From NCBI RefSeq assembly GCF_009914755.1, contig NC_060928.1: DNA of 64,000 bases; one strand, 5' to 3'. The notes beneath the pieces were generated by a model, which searched no databases, had not been told where the DNA came from, and worked only from the letters and a program-made list of their open reading frames with translations. The stretch is from the human T2T-CHM13v2.0 reference genome, Homo sapiens. Of this stretch, positions 1-13,688 are shown piece by piece; within the stretch, counting starts at the first letter, position 1, and every line of letters begins with the position of its first letter. Position numbers and translations under genes: made by a program.

Positions 1-504
1 TCTTGACTCTGAGTTCTCCACCTGTGCCAGGCTATGTTTCCATTCTCTGTGTCTTATTTTAAAATTGAAATCTTGGGAGTAGTGATATTTGAAAATATAC
101 AAATAAATTATAGCATCTAGAACCTCATTTTATATTTTAAAATTTCCAGTTCTTGCTATGTTCACCCATAACGATGATTCTCTCATATAAGGCACTGTTA
201 AATTTGGCCTAAAAAACTAAAGACAGTTCTTATTGTTCTTTTATGGATTTATATTAAAATGAAATGTAGGCATTTTTATTCCTCTTAATGACATGTTATA
301 TTGGTAGTGAATAAGCACAATTACAGCCAAATATGAGTACGTCTCCCAGAGAAATCACATTGAACAAACTGCTGCATCACCAAGAGTAAATCTGACTAAC
401 CTGATTTTACAAAACCATCATCATTTCACCTAATAATTCCACCCCAGTTAGCTCAACTTACTTTAACTAATTTAGTGAAACATTGAAAGAAAAATAGGAA
501 GGCA

Positions 505-1274
<770 letters not shown>

Positions 1275-3959
1275 TTAGCTCCTTGAAGCCTTGGCATCAG
1301 TTTATATCTTTGTGATAAGTAGATTGCTATGCAGTGGAAGAAACTCCCTAGGATGTGAAGTAGGCACTTGACCAGGGTAAAGAGGGCTATGCATGAAGTA
1401 ATCTTCAAAAACATAAACTTTAGTGGTATCCTTTTTATGGCCAATAAAGAAAAGTGAGGGACCTGTGTGGCATTATTGCAGAGAATACAGATGTGGATTT
1501 AAACTAATCTATACCTATGGCAATACCAGGGGTTCTATTTGCCAGTTAGTAGCTTAAATAGGAATTCTTTGAGGATGGCATTATGCCTCTTAATTAAACT
1601 AGCGGCTCGAGGTCTTGAGGGTACATGGAAGTTGCACTGAGTACCTTACTCAAGAGCCCAACATTGTCTATTTTAAGAAGTAAAGTAAATGCCTTAGTCA
1701 CTATCAATAATGTTTACAACTTTAAAGGAATAAGAGGTGTTCTGGTGAGGCCTTGTATTGTGGCCCTAGTACATATAGTGATATCTGTTGCCTTGATTTT
1801 TATATTGTGTCTCTGTGGGGCAAGAGATTCTCAGGAATCTTTACCTCCAAGGGGTCAATTCTTAGACAACATATTGAGAGTTCATGAAAATGTACAGAAG
1901 AAGCCATTTCCTGTCCTGGACTTTTGGTGCAAAACTGACTGTCTTATGTTTGGCCAGTTATGCTGACCTTTTTATCCTGTTGTTTATCAGGGACATCCTG
2001 ACTAATGGATGAAAAGCAGTAAAGGTCCATTGAGCTCCATCATGTATAATGGTGGTCATTGATCCATAAAGTATATCAACATGTTCCCTCAGTTGTTCCC
2101 AGGTTGTCAAGAGCTCCACAAGTGAGTTGATCTCTTCTAGCACTGAGGCATCAGAGAAGGGGCTGAGGAGAGCTGAGGCCACTTGGTCTTTCAGGGAGAG
2201 TATATTAGAGGATCAAGTTTGGTGCCAGTCTGTTGAAGGAAATCCTAGGTAGCTGTGCAGAGCTTATGGAATGCTGATTTCATGACCCAAGACATAATGG
2301 CCAGCTTGGTATGGAGGATCAGAAGCTCAATGTCTATGAGAGTTCTGTATTTCCAGAAAAGCCCAGTATGTGGCCAAAAATTGCCACTGTAAAGATGTAT
2401 GGTGTAGGGCCAAGGAGAAGTCCACTGTCAGCTTATGGCCATGGTATAGAGATAGTATAGATATTACAGGAGCAATGAGAAGTGGTCCAATTTTATATCT
2501 TTATTTCAATTTTGTTCTCTCCCCTTGTATTCAAGATTCCTTCCTTCTTTTTCTTTCTTTTTTGTTTTTCCCCTCTATACTCTGCTCATAGTTATAAACT
2601 TTTTGCTTTAGAAAGCCTCAAATAATTATCATAAAGGTTAGGGGCCTTTTCCAAGGAAATGGTTGCATCATAGGATTTAAGAGCCCCAGACTTAAGTTGG
2701 GTTTTAAATAACACCTATGCTATGCCATAGGGGTGTCATGGGTATTTTACCCTATCAAGCTGAGAATCATGATCTTTGTTGCAACAGAGAAACAGACAAC
2801 ATTTTGGCACAATGGAAGTGTTCTGGGGTCATGACCCAGAGGTCATTCTCAAAACCATTGTCTACTATAGGCATGCAGCCTTCCTCTTTTTTTAATCTCT
2901 CTGTTCTCTCTGTACAAATTTCCTCAGAATATTTTGAATTTCTTAACATGTAAAGTTTAATAGTTACAGCTTTCAGTCCGTTTCCTGATCACTCTTGGTG
3001 CAGACCTTCTGTGTGGTTGAGGGTAAAAATGTTGGGAGCCTAGCAGTCCACCTGTGGACAGCTATCTCATTCCCCAGGGAATGCCACTCAAATCTCCTCA
3101 GTGCTGGAGTCTGCATCTAGTAAGGTCATTTTGACTGTGAGGCAGGCATGGCAGTGAAGTACTTTTGCATGCTGGTAAACAGCAACACTAAGAAAAGCCT
3201 AAGAATTTTGGGTAGGGTTTTTCATTGGGAGAGCAGTTGCATTACCTCTCCACTGTTTTAAGACGGGCTGGCAAGAAATGCTCCTAAACTCTCTCTCATT
3301 ATTTTTCCATCAGTGCCTTGACCATGGGCTGCCATAGATGTTTACCTTTATACCCCTGGGAGTCAGGAGGATGCATGGGATGCAATGAGGGAAACAGTTA
3401 CACAGGAAATGGGCAAGGTGGCTACCCTTGCCTGAACGGCGGCTCTTGTTAGGCAACCTGGGAGCCATGCTTAATTCTTTCTAGGGTATCGGTCCCCTCC
3501 CTTTCTACAAACCTGACAACGTGTCATCCCATAGTCCTCCTGGGGGTGTACAGTCACAGTTAACATCCACATGGCTGTCCCAAGCAGCTAGTGAAGGTCA
3601 CTACGTTAGATGCTGTAAGCAGAGAGCTCTAGCTTACCCTTGATAGGTAGGACTCAAGCACCAGCCTACCTTTAAGGTGCTGTGTTGTCACTACTTTTAT
3701 GGGCAGGAGACTCAGGGACACTTGCCAAAAACAGACCAAACCCAACCATCAGTCATGCCCATGTATAGTCAATTAACAAGAATTCTTCTTTTGGAGAAAA
3801 ACAAGAGCTTCCTAGACAGGGAAGAGAGGAAACAAAGTGGTGCTGGAACCAATTAGTGGTTTGTTCCAATTTGGCCTTCCCAGTATCATGAAACCACTTA
3901 GTTATCCAAAAGCAGTGAATTAAAGTTGACCAGGTGTCCTTGGTCATGGTTGTACCATC
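1275..3959 (-). mobile_element. Class III ERV internal region (ERVL47-int-like), heavily deleted
   Basis: Lies between two related LTRs in the same orientation and contains pol remnants (next feature). Confidence 0.7.
1550..2460 (-). pseudogene. Disabled ERV-L-type pol remnant (connection/tether, RNase H, integrase core)
   Basis: Manual minus-strand translation gives QFLATYWAFLEIQ (~2345-2383; cf. ERV-L QLLACYWALVETE), LAIMSWVM (cf. LPIMNWVL), YGSMTTIIHDGAQWTFTAFHP (RNase H DGS...W motif), SA*LAK (cf. SAQxAE) and IDSD*GIYFTS*NRQCWALE*GTQCNFHVPSRPRAASLIKRHNAILK (~1565-1708, integrase DD35E region). Multiple stop codons. Confidence 0.85.
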
Positions 3960-4467
3960 CTTTAAGAGGTTATTTTACTTGCCTCCTATTCACTCTATTG
4001 GTGAGGGAGGGATTCCTGCCCTGGGATTATTGGGATGGAGAATCTGCAACTGGACACTGGACAAATGGCATCTACAGCAATTTATTAGTCACATCTTCTC
4101 ACAGCCTGGGAGAGGAGGACACTGCATTCTGCACAGGACCACTTGGAGTGTGTACTTGGAAACAAAGGGAACAACCAGGGACTGTGGGAGAAAAGCTTTG
4201 TGTTTCAAGAAGTGCACCCTGGTTCCAAGGGGATGATGTGATTAGCTTATTTGAACAATTCCCTGTGTTAGCAGGGAACTGAAACCCACTATCAGGAAAC
4301 CCAGGATAAGCAGGGCCTGTGCATGGTCTCCTTGATAAGGAGGATGGTTTGGTTAGGAGACCTCATCTTCTGGAGCAGAGTGGGAAGGGAACTTGAAGTT
4401 AGGCTTTTTGAGGCCTTCCTAGTGACGCCAACACATAACAATGGGCCTTAATTTTAGGCCTCAGACA
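3960..4467 (-). mobile_element. ERVL-class LTR (LTR47-like), putative 5' LTR
   Basis: Second copy of the 505-1274 LTR; ends ttaggcctcagaca. No TSD discernible. Confidence 0.65.
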
Positions 4468-4539
4468 CTAAGGGTGAACAGTATCTAGCATGAAAAAGAC
4501 CAAAACTCTGTGAACACTTGAAGAATTAAGGACTTGGTC

Positions 4540-5900
4540 AGGCTTGACTCATGTCAAATTTTTCTGTTGTGAAGCTTTGATTCTTTGAAAGAGTTTCCAT
4601 ATCGTCTTCTAAGGGAAGTGGACCATTTTTGTAAATAAACTTTTCATAAACACAGGATCCCCCAGCTCCTTTGTAAACTTGTGAGAGAATCTCTTTGTGA
4701 TTAAGGTCTGAAATTTGGTATTGTGGAACTTGACGGTCCATTTTCATCCATGTTGCAGTCACTTTGTGAGCTCTTTCAATCTTCAAATCCAAGCCTTTCA
4801 ACTTTTGGAAATTTTCTCAAATTATTACTCTCATCATTTCTTCCCTTATTTTTCTTCATCTTTTTGGCTCCTTCGTTATTTGGATGCTGAACCTCCTCTA
4901 CTTGTCTGTCAATTTTCATTACTTTTTCTTCTCTATATTTTAAAAATATACTTTCTAGGGTATTTTCTTATGTATCTATTCCAAACCTCTACTGAGTTTT
5001 TATTTTATTACTACTATTATTATTGTTTCTTGAATTCTAAGAGTTCTTCTTGTTTTCGGAATGTTCCTCTTTTAAAGTATTTTTAACTCTTTGCATATGC
5101 AATACTTAATTTTATCCAATATATTGATGACAGTTTATTTTTCATTTTATTTTTTCCGAATAGTGTCTCCTAGAATTATGTTAGAGACTTTTCTTAATGT
5201 CTTATGATACTTGGCTGTCAGCTCATAATTAAGAATGTAGGTACTCTAAAACGCTGAAGATAAATTCTGTCCCTGTGTGGAGGGCTTTTTGAGTATGTTT
5301 GTCTGTAGGGTAATCTGGGTAACATTTAATTGGGGAACTCCTGGTCAATATGTTTAGACATATTTTTCTTCCTGGTCTTGTTAGATAACCAAGAGAAATA
5401 TTTTCAGGTCTTCTGCCTGGAGGTGTAAGCCTGGGTACTTGAATTCTGAAAACTAATTGGGAAAAAAAAATCTAGACGACCCAAGATCCAAACTTCTTTG
5501 TATGACGATTGCACATTAAACTGTGCCTGCTATTTCCTAATGTAGGAGCTCTCTGTTTCAACCTCCTTAGAGAATAATAAATCTCGTGTCTCTTAACCAG
5601 AGGGAATAGTTGATCACCTATATGTGCACAGTTGATGAGGACATCTGGGAGGTCTAACTGCTTCTTAATAACATTTTTGGTCCTTTTTATTAGGCTTATT
5701 TTTACCCCTACTTCAGAACTAATTTGTGCTGTCAATTACTAAGCCTTGGGAATTTTTTGTGGGATAAACCAGGTTTCTTCTTTACACTCTTAGCTTCCAG
5801 CTAAGGTTTTAAAACTTTTGCAGTTACTATGTCAATTATAACTTTTTATCTACTTCCAAACATTCAGAATGTTGTCATAGTTATTTCCTCAATTGTTTGT
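4540..5900 (-). mobile_element. Old L1 (L1M-type) ORF1/5' fragment
   Basis: Minus ORF 4538-4801 contains LKIERAHKV, resembling L1 ORF1p LQIERAHRV. T-rich + strand. Boundaries approximate. Confidence 0.6.
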
Positions 5901-7080
5901 CTTTTATTTGTCATTGTAGCTTTTTCATTAATTTTTTTTCACATTCATAAAGTTTTAGGAGGAAGAAAGGTTAGTGCATTAATTGACCTCTCCCCTCTCT
6001 GTAAATGGGAGCTTGAAAATAAACTATGGACATAAAAAGAAAAGTCTTATAAGCATAATGCAGAATGTCATGAGGAAATTTGATCTTACATTATTGAGAG
6101 TTTGAATGTGGGATTCTCTTCAGTAGATTTTTTATTGCTGTTGTTAGGGCTATATAGAAAAGCACTGACATGTTTGAAATTGAATCACATTTTGGAATTC
6201 ATAATTAAAATTTAAAATATTAATTGGTTTATTTCATTACATGTCAATAAACAAAATAATAAAATATGTAATTCATTTTTCCATATGCCACTATTTTAAT
6301 AACTTATTTTTACTTTTTTTGTAATATCATTATCTTGAAATGATATCTAAAGTAATTTTAAATCAATAATGTTAAAACCAAAGGGGTAATATGCATTGTT
6401 AGATTTGTTATAGATTAGAATAGCGATTATTTATTCAATTGTTTCTAAGGTTATTATATTATATTATAATATAAAACTCAATATCGCTTTTTGGTCATTG
6501 CATTGGTTTATTTACCATATTACTCTATTTTGAATAGTGGCCTGAAATTAGTGTCCAAATAGTATCAGGCAACTAGCAAGCTTCAATACTTGAGGTCAAT
6601 TTAATTACACTGTGCATGACAGAAACTAGGCCATTTGGGCATTGCCTTTGCCACCAGCAATTGACACCTGAGTGTTAATGAGCTGATAATTAAGAGCTGG
6701 CACATACAGACACATTTTACTGTTTGGGACTAGGATAACCATATGCTGCATAACTTCTGTGCTAAGTACTTTGTTAGCTCCAGAATTTACACAATTATAT
6801 TTGTGAGGTTTTTTTTTCAAATCTCAATTTTTCATGTTTAAAAAAAGATAAAAATTGTTACTCAAAAAATGTAAGTAACTGTACTCATCAATTACAAGTT
6901 ATGAAACTTTCTAAAACTAGCAAGATTATATTTGGAGAACAATATATTTGGGAAAAAAGACTGCAGAATTTGTGTAGTAGAATTACTTTTAGTTTAAAAC
7001 CACACTGGCAGAAATTGCATTTTGAAATGTCTTTTGTAATATAAAAAAGTACCTAAAGCAATTTAACATGACTGTGTTTA

Positions 7081-7602
7081 TGTAGGGTTGACAGCCTCTG
7101 TGATGGCCCATAATGATTTTCACATCCTAACATTGACAGCCTTGAGTAATACCTCTCCCCTGAATGTAGGTGGGATTAGTAAACCACCTCTAAAAAAATC
7201 AAAGTGATAAAAGTGAAGTGATTTCACACTTGACGTTAGGGTATCAAAATGCTATTGTTTCCATTTTGAGGAACTTCTTATATACTGTCTCATTATTTTC
7301 TGGATTCCTTGCAGAGCTATTGTGGAGGCAGCTATGTGGAGAGACACATGTGGCACAAGATCAAGGGCTGTCAACAACCACATGAGTGAGCTTGGAAACA
7401 GACTCCCAAGTTGAGCATTCAGATGAGACCACAGCCCCTGCTGACAGTTTGACTGCAACCTTTGAGAGTCCTTAGCCAGAGGCACCCAGTTAAGCTGCAC
7501 TAAAATTTTTGAACCACACAGATTGTGAGATAATAAATATTTGTGGTTTTATGTTGTGAGGTTTTGGGGTATATTGCCATGTGGCAATAAATAGTTAATA
7601 CA
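7081..7602 (+). mobile_element. MaLR LTR (MLT1E/F/G-like)
   Basis: Starts tgtagggttgacagcctctgtgatggccc. Internal cagatgagaccacagcccc and gtgagataataaat. Ends gtggcaataaatagttaataca, a typical MLT1 terminus. Confidence 0.85.
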
Positions 7603-9969
7603 TTATGTAGGTGAGAATCCTATTGTCTGATACAGTAATATGAAGTATTGATTTTCCTGGTGTGATGTGGCCATTTTCAAAACCAATATGTATAATGTAC
7701 ACACCCTGTTGCTTTACCTTCGTCTTCAATTTTCAGTTCTTGCTTACTCCTCTTTCCCTGACCTTGCACACAAAAAATCATCCCCACTATTTTTGGGATT
7801 GATCTACTGGCTTAAAAAAAATAAAGCTGTACTTATCAGATGAAACATGTACTAACTTTAGTGAATTTTAGTTGTGGGAATTACTTCTAATTTTCTTCTT
7901 TGAAACAGTTTGCTTTTCCATAGAATCCTCTGTAGGACGTATAGCCTTTTATATGCAGATTGGTATAATTATGCTTTGAAATAGCTCTGAATTCCCTGTA
8001 GCTTAAACTGAGAACATGAAAGGCCAAATGTTATGTCTAACTGAAGGATATAAAAGTGCACATACATCAATCCAAAATGAGATATAGAAATGAACGGCTC
8101 TTCACACAGTGATGTCAGTTTTTGACAGATTATTGAAGGGTCTTTATAACTGCAGAGATTGCCATGGGTAGCATGAAAACTCTGCCTGGGGATAGCCTTA
8201 TCAGCTTGTATTTTGTATTTCTTCAGTACTGAAAGGTGAGTAGATGTTAAGCGAAACAAGAGAAATACTCTGTGACAAAAGCATTAACTCTCGTTCCAAA
8301 AATGACATCTGGTTTCAAATGGCAAAACACAGTGCGATCTAGTGATGGAATCATCTACCCAATCTGTCACTCTAGAGATGGCAGCCTAGATGAGGTGCTT
8401 ATATTTTAAGAAGTCGATAGAAAACCAACATGGCAATCTTCACCTACATAGTGATCCCAGTGACAAACAAAGGCCTATTCTGCACAGGAGGGGCGATTAT
8501 TCAGCCAGTGACAGACACATCAAGAGTATTTAAAGCACCCACATTCTTTCTTACCAACAGCAGGAAGATTTAAAAAAATGGGTTTTTGTATGTTCACAAC
8601 TTGAAATCAATACTATGCTTATTTAAAAACAGATTATAAAGAAACTCAACTTTATATTGGAAGAGTACATAGTGTTAACTTTTAATATCCCATAATTATC
8701 ATACCTATTTTGAATTAAGTAACAATATATCTTAGAATTGTTCTCTTGCATCAGCTATTCATAGAGAATCCATTTTTTTTCTTACAGTGTATATCCTCTC
8801 CTGAAATTATATCCAAACAAAGGAATTGAATATCCACATTATCTGGGTTTGTCAGTAAAAAGAAATATTTTTTAAATTTAAGACAAAAAACCCTTAATTC
8901 TGGTGTTTCTAGAATGTGCAGATATTAAGTAGGTACAATTGAAATCAGTATAAGAGGAGGGCAAAAATTTTTTGAACAAAGCATACACTTTGAAACTAAT
9001 GCTGATTCAAAGGGAATTGTGTATGTGAGGAATACAATACTTAGTTATTCATTCTAAGCCAGGAAATTCTACCATGTTTTGCACTTTGCAAACTTTACCA
9101 CTTATAATCTGTAAAGCATGTATTGGAAAGAAATGATGAAAACTCAAGTAATAGTCAAGGAAAACATAATTGTTAATTAGCTCTGACACTACAATTTTTC
9201 AAAAAATCCAATCTACTAAAATGCTTTTTTCCTGAAATAATTAACATAAATTTTTTAAAAATTCAAAAGTTTCAAACCTATGCCTTAAGGTATACATTAG
9301 GTTAGTGCCACTTAATTAATTGATACTTTTGGAAATACACAGACAATATATAATGGATAGCATGATGACTCTAAAATTATTACAAACTGAACTCTCACTT
9401 TACTACTTAAAATCATGTGACCTTGGTGAAGTTTTGCTAGTTAACTCAGAGACAAAAATTAGTTCTTATATCTGAATTAGGGTCATGAATTAAATTTTAA
9501 TCAGAATGATGTTAGACAAAATAATTTCCATTTTATAGGGAGAATCTTTTATGATCTGGGGGCATACTCATTGCATGTATTCATGTGGAGTTCCCTGTTC
9601 AGTGGAAGTTCTGGATAGAAATAAAAAAGCAAAATAAACATTTAAAATCTTATAATACTCTTAATGACTTATTAAAATTGTTCCAGTCATTGATGATGGG
9701 CAGTAGTAGTTTCTAGATATTATCAGCAGGCATGACAAGTCATCTCTTCTTAAACAAGATCTTTAGAGCTCATTTTATTCCAATGAATAAAGGGAATTAA
9801 AGAGCATCTCTACCATGAATTTTTATACAAGTCCATACCAAGATATGCACCAAAAGTAATAAAAAATGTTTTGTAAGAAAATGCAACTCCAAATTGTGGC
9901 ACAAACCATGACAAGCATATAAGATTCATTTAAAAATAAAAACTAAGATAGTTCTAAAGTTACAGTGAA

Positions 9970-10180
9970 AGCTAATACTTATTGAGTGCTCCTTCGGTGA
10001 CAAGTACTATGCTGGTCATCACTACACTTACATGAGAAAGGTACTATCTTTAATCTTTTAAAAATGATAAAGATGTGAAGATCATGTACACTTTATTTCT
10101 TAATTATAAGGCTAGTGAGTATTGGAGCTGAGAAGTGACCTCTGACCAAATGACACCTGCTGTTAGTTCCCTTAAGTGGT
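9970..10180 (-). mobile_element. MIR fragment
   Basis: agctaatacttattgagtgct...gctagtgagtattggagctgag resembles the reverse MIR core; degenerate. Confidence 0.5.
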
Positions 10181-10445
10181 ATGGAAAATAAGACAATATA
10201 AAATGAAGCAATTCATCACTTAATGTTTATTAAAAAGGTCTAAAATACATATCTTATGTACTGAATTTTAAAGAGAAATTATTTTAGATACATAAATCCC
10301 TCCCATATTTAAACCAAATAGCTGTGTTATTTAAACAAAGTTCATGGTTCAAATAATTGAAATGATCAACAGACTTTAAGACTTAAGTTGTAGGTTTTAT
10401 GCTTTTTTCTACATCTCCAAACTATGACAGTATATCTCATATTAT

Positions 10446-10447
<2 letters not shown>

Positions 10448-10493
<46 letters not shown>
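10448..10493. repeat. (TG)23 microsatellite
   Basis: Perfect TG dinucleotide run. Confidence 0.98.
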
Positions 10494-10499
<6 letters not shown>

Positions 10500-10724
10500 A
10501 TGAGTTTAGGATAGATGGTAACATTATTGGTAATGAATAGAATAGTATACAATGAAGCACAGTAGAATACATTGGAATAAAATCAGATCTAAAGATCTTG
10601 TTTAAAATTCTCAAATGTATGCTCCCTAAGCCTTCAGTTCCACTAGATTGAGGGTGGGCATGGAGGTGAAGTATTGGAATTTTTATTTTCAAATGGATTT
10701 GCATCCTATATCAATTCCTGAAAG

Positions 10725-10930
10725 ATGGAAGTAGAGGTCCTGGGTTGAGATCTGTCTTCTAATACTTTAAATCCGTATGACTTTTGAAAAATCTCTTAAC
10801 CAAACTGTGCCTTAGTTTTTTATTTTGTAATTTGTGACTAATTATTTAACTTTCCTCAATGTATTATCAGCACGTTCCATGGATAATGCATATAAAATTT
10901 ATATGTATCATGGCTACAATAAATGTTGTA
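10725..10930 (+). mobile_element. MIR fragment
   Basis: gtcctgggttgagatctg...tgacttttgaaaaatctcttaacc...tgtgccttagttt matches the MIR core pattern. Confidence 0.6.
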
Positions 10931-11275
10931 GTATGTTATATATGTTTAGACAGATTGTAGAAGAAGTGAGAAGAATTATTACAAGGTACTAAATGCTCTA
11001 CATAGTTCCTTTTCATTAATTTTGCAAGTAAGCTCTAGGATCTTATTTGTGTATTGGTAGGAAGCAAGAAATGGTACTGCTGAGAATTCACCTTAAGAAA
11101 AAAAAACCTTTGGACATTATCATTAAAGAATTACATGTCTGACAGGTGAGAAATAATTAAAATTGTGACACGGCTTTGGAATTTCTCCGTGTGGGTTCAG
11201 ATCCTGGATATATCACTCCCTAGTTCATTAATGGAAGTAGCAACAACTATACTTATGAGATTTTTGGAGGATTAT

Positions 11276-11641
11276 TGTATTAGTCCATTTTCACACTGCT
11301 AAGAAGAAATAAACGAGACTGGGTAATTTATAAAAGAAAGAGATTTAATTGACTCACAGTTCCACCTGGCTTGGGAGGCCTCAGGAAACTTACAATCATG
11401 GCGGAAGGGGAAGCAAACATGTCCTTCTTCACATGGCAGCAGGAGAGAGAAGTGCAGAGCAAAGTGGGGAAAGCCCCTTATAAAACCATCAGATCTCATG
11501 AGAACTCACTCACTATCATGAGAACATCATGGGGGAACTGCCTGTATGATCTAATCACCTCCCATGAGGTCCCTGTCCCAACACATGGGGATTACTCTTC
11601 AAGATGAGATTTGGGTGGGGACACAGAGTCAGACCATATCG
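11276..11641 (-). mobile_element. THE1 (THE1C/D-like) MaLR solo LTR
   Basis: tgtattagtccattttcacactgct...gagatttgggtggggacacag...ccatatc. 5-bp TSD ATTAT at 11271-11275 and 11642-11646. Confidence 0.93.
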
Positions 11642-12614
11642 ATTATAAATGTCTCTCTGTAAATTATAACTTGTAATAAGGTGCTAAAATCTTATTTCTT
11701 CATCCTTATTACATACTTAACAATGATTTATATTTTAGAAGTCAAAGGTAGTCAGATCACCTACCAGGGACTTAATGATGTCAGTGTTTTTGCATTTCCT
11801 ATTTGAAGACTAACATGAGAATAATATTTGAAGGAAGGAGACAGATTGTTTAAAGTACATGAAAATAATACAAATTGCTTATCAGTTTAATAATATTTGA
11901 CTTTAGAAAAGAATCTAAAAAGACCATAATTATAAGAATGTTAAAACACCTTTAAAACCTCTTTTTAATAACATTCATGTTTTTTTCCAGAAAAATATTG
12001 CTTATCTTCACTTGTTTCTTCTTTTCTCTACATCAGATAAAAGATAGTACAAATTTTATATCAACTATGTACACTTTAAGTGTCATATTTGAAGTTTACC
12101 TAACTATGCCTTGAATACCTGTGTAAGAGGAGCTTTAGCTAAGTATTCTAACAATTTGTAATTATATTGACTTTTGTGAAATTATTTTCTTTTATCAATA
12201 TATACAAGTTTTATCTACTTGCTGAATAGTCTTCATGTGGTAGCCAGGTGACCTGGGAACACCTCAGTAACATAAAAATTCATCTTATAAATTAACTTTT
12301 AGCAAAGAAATTATTTATAATCAGGGATTGTCAAAAATAATGTTCTTCAGTCATATGTTTTGAATAATACAGATGAAAATATAATCAATGCCTTATCTTT
12401 CTCCATATATGGATAAAACGCATTTTATTGATTTTACTGTTGTAGAACATTCTTTTTTTAGATAATTTATATAGAAGTACAATGAATGCAAACATATAAT
12501 TTATTTTTATTTCACACTTCAATATATTTTAGCTCTCTTGATCAGAAAATGAGAATTTTAAATAAACATTCTTTTACAAAGTTGGGTCCAGGAAATACAT
12601 GGTCACATTCTGTA

Positions 12615-12933
12615 CAGTCAGCCTTCTGTATCCATGGGTTCCACATCTATTGATTCAATCAACTGTAATGAAAATATTTTTAAAAACCAAAACAATAAAA
12701 ATAATAAAACAACAAAAATACAAATTTTAAAATACAGCATAACAACAATTTATACAGCATTTATATTGTATTAGGTATTATAAGTAATCCAGAGGTAATT
12801 TAAAGAGTATGAGAGGATGTACATAAGTTATACAAATTACCACACCTTTTATACAAGGGACGGGATTATCATTGGATTTTGGTATTCATGGGGGTCCTGA
12901 AACCCACCCCCCACAAATACCAAAAGATGACTG
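12615..12933. mobile_element. Tigger3a-like TcMar MITE
   Basis: Terminal inverted repeats cagtcagccttctgtatccatgggttcc...ataccaaaagatgactg flanked by TA dinucleotides. Confidence 0.85.
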
Positions 12934-13370
12934 TATATACTGAGTGTGGGTATATGTATACACACATATTTTATGCACACATATATTTCCATTTTTGTAT
13001 ATATATGTACACATATATATTTGTTATGTAATGATATTTTACCGAATTATCTAAAAGTATATCTATTGCTCTTCAGAAATAATGTGAAAAATAATACTGT
13101 TTGTTTAAAAACAGATTATTAGTAAGTAATTGATTTGCATGTAATCAAGGCCACTAAGGAGCTCTTGAAGACACTGATAAATTATATTCATCACTTATTC
13201 TTAATTAAAAAGGAGATTGAAATAACACCTTGGAGGAGAGAAAGGAATTAATGTAAGCACTGGAAGAAATTATGATTTTTTTCTTTTATTACAGAAAGGC
13301 TTTCTAACATGATTTACCTGATTAATATTTGATGTGTGCAATTATCAGTAATAGCAAGTCACGTAACAAC

Positions 13371-13688
<318 letters not shown>

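Noticed and set aside
1625-1966. 113-aa plus-strand ORF with a hydrophobic stretch
   Set aside because: Antisense to the ERV integrase/RNase H remnant, with no recognisable homology.
3930-3959. Possible PBS of the ERVL provirus (minus tggtacaaccatg...)
   Set aside because: Starts with TGG at the right place, but I cannot match it to a tRNA 3' end.
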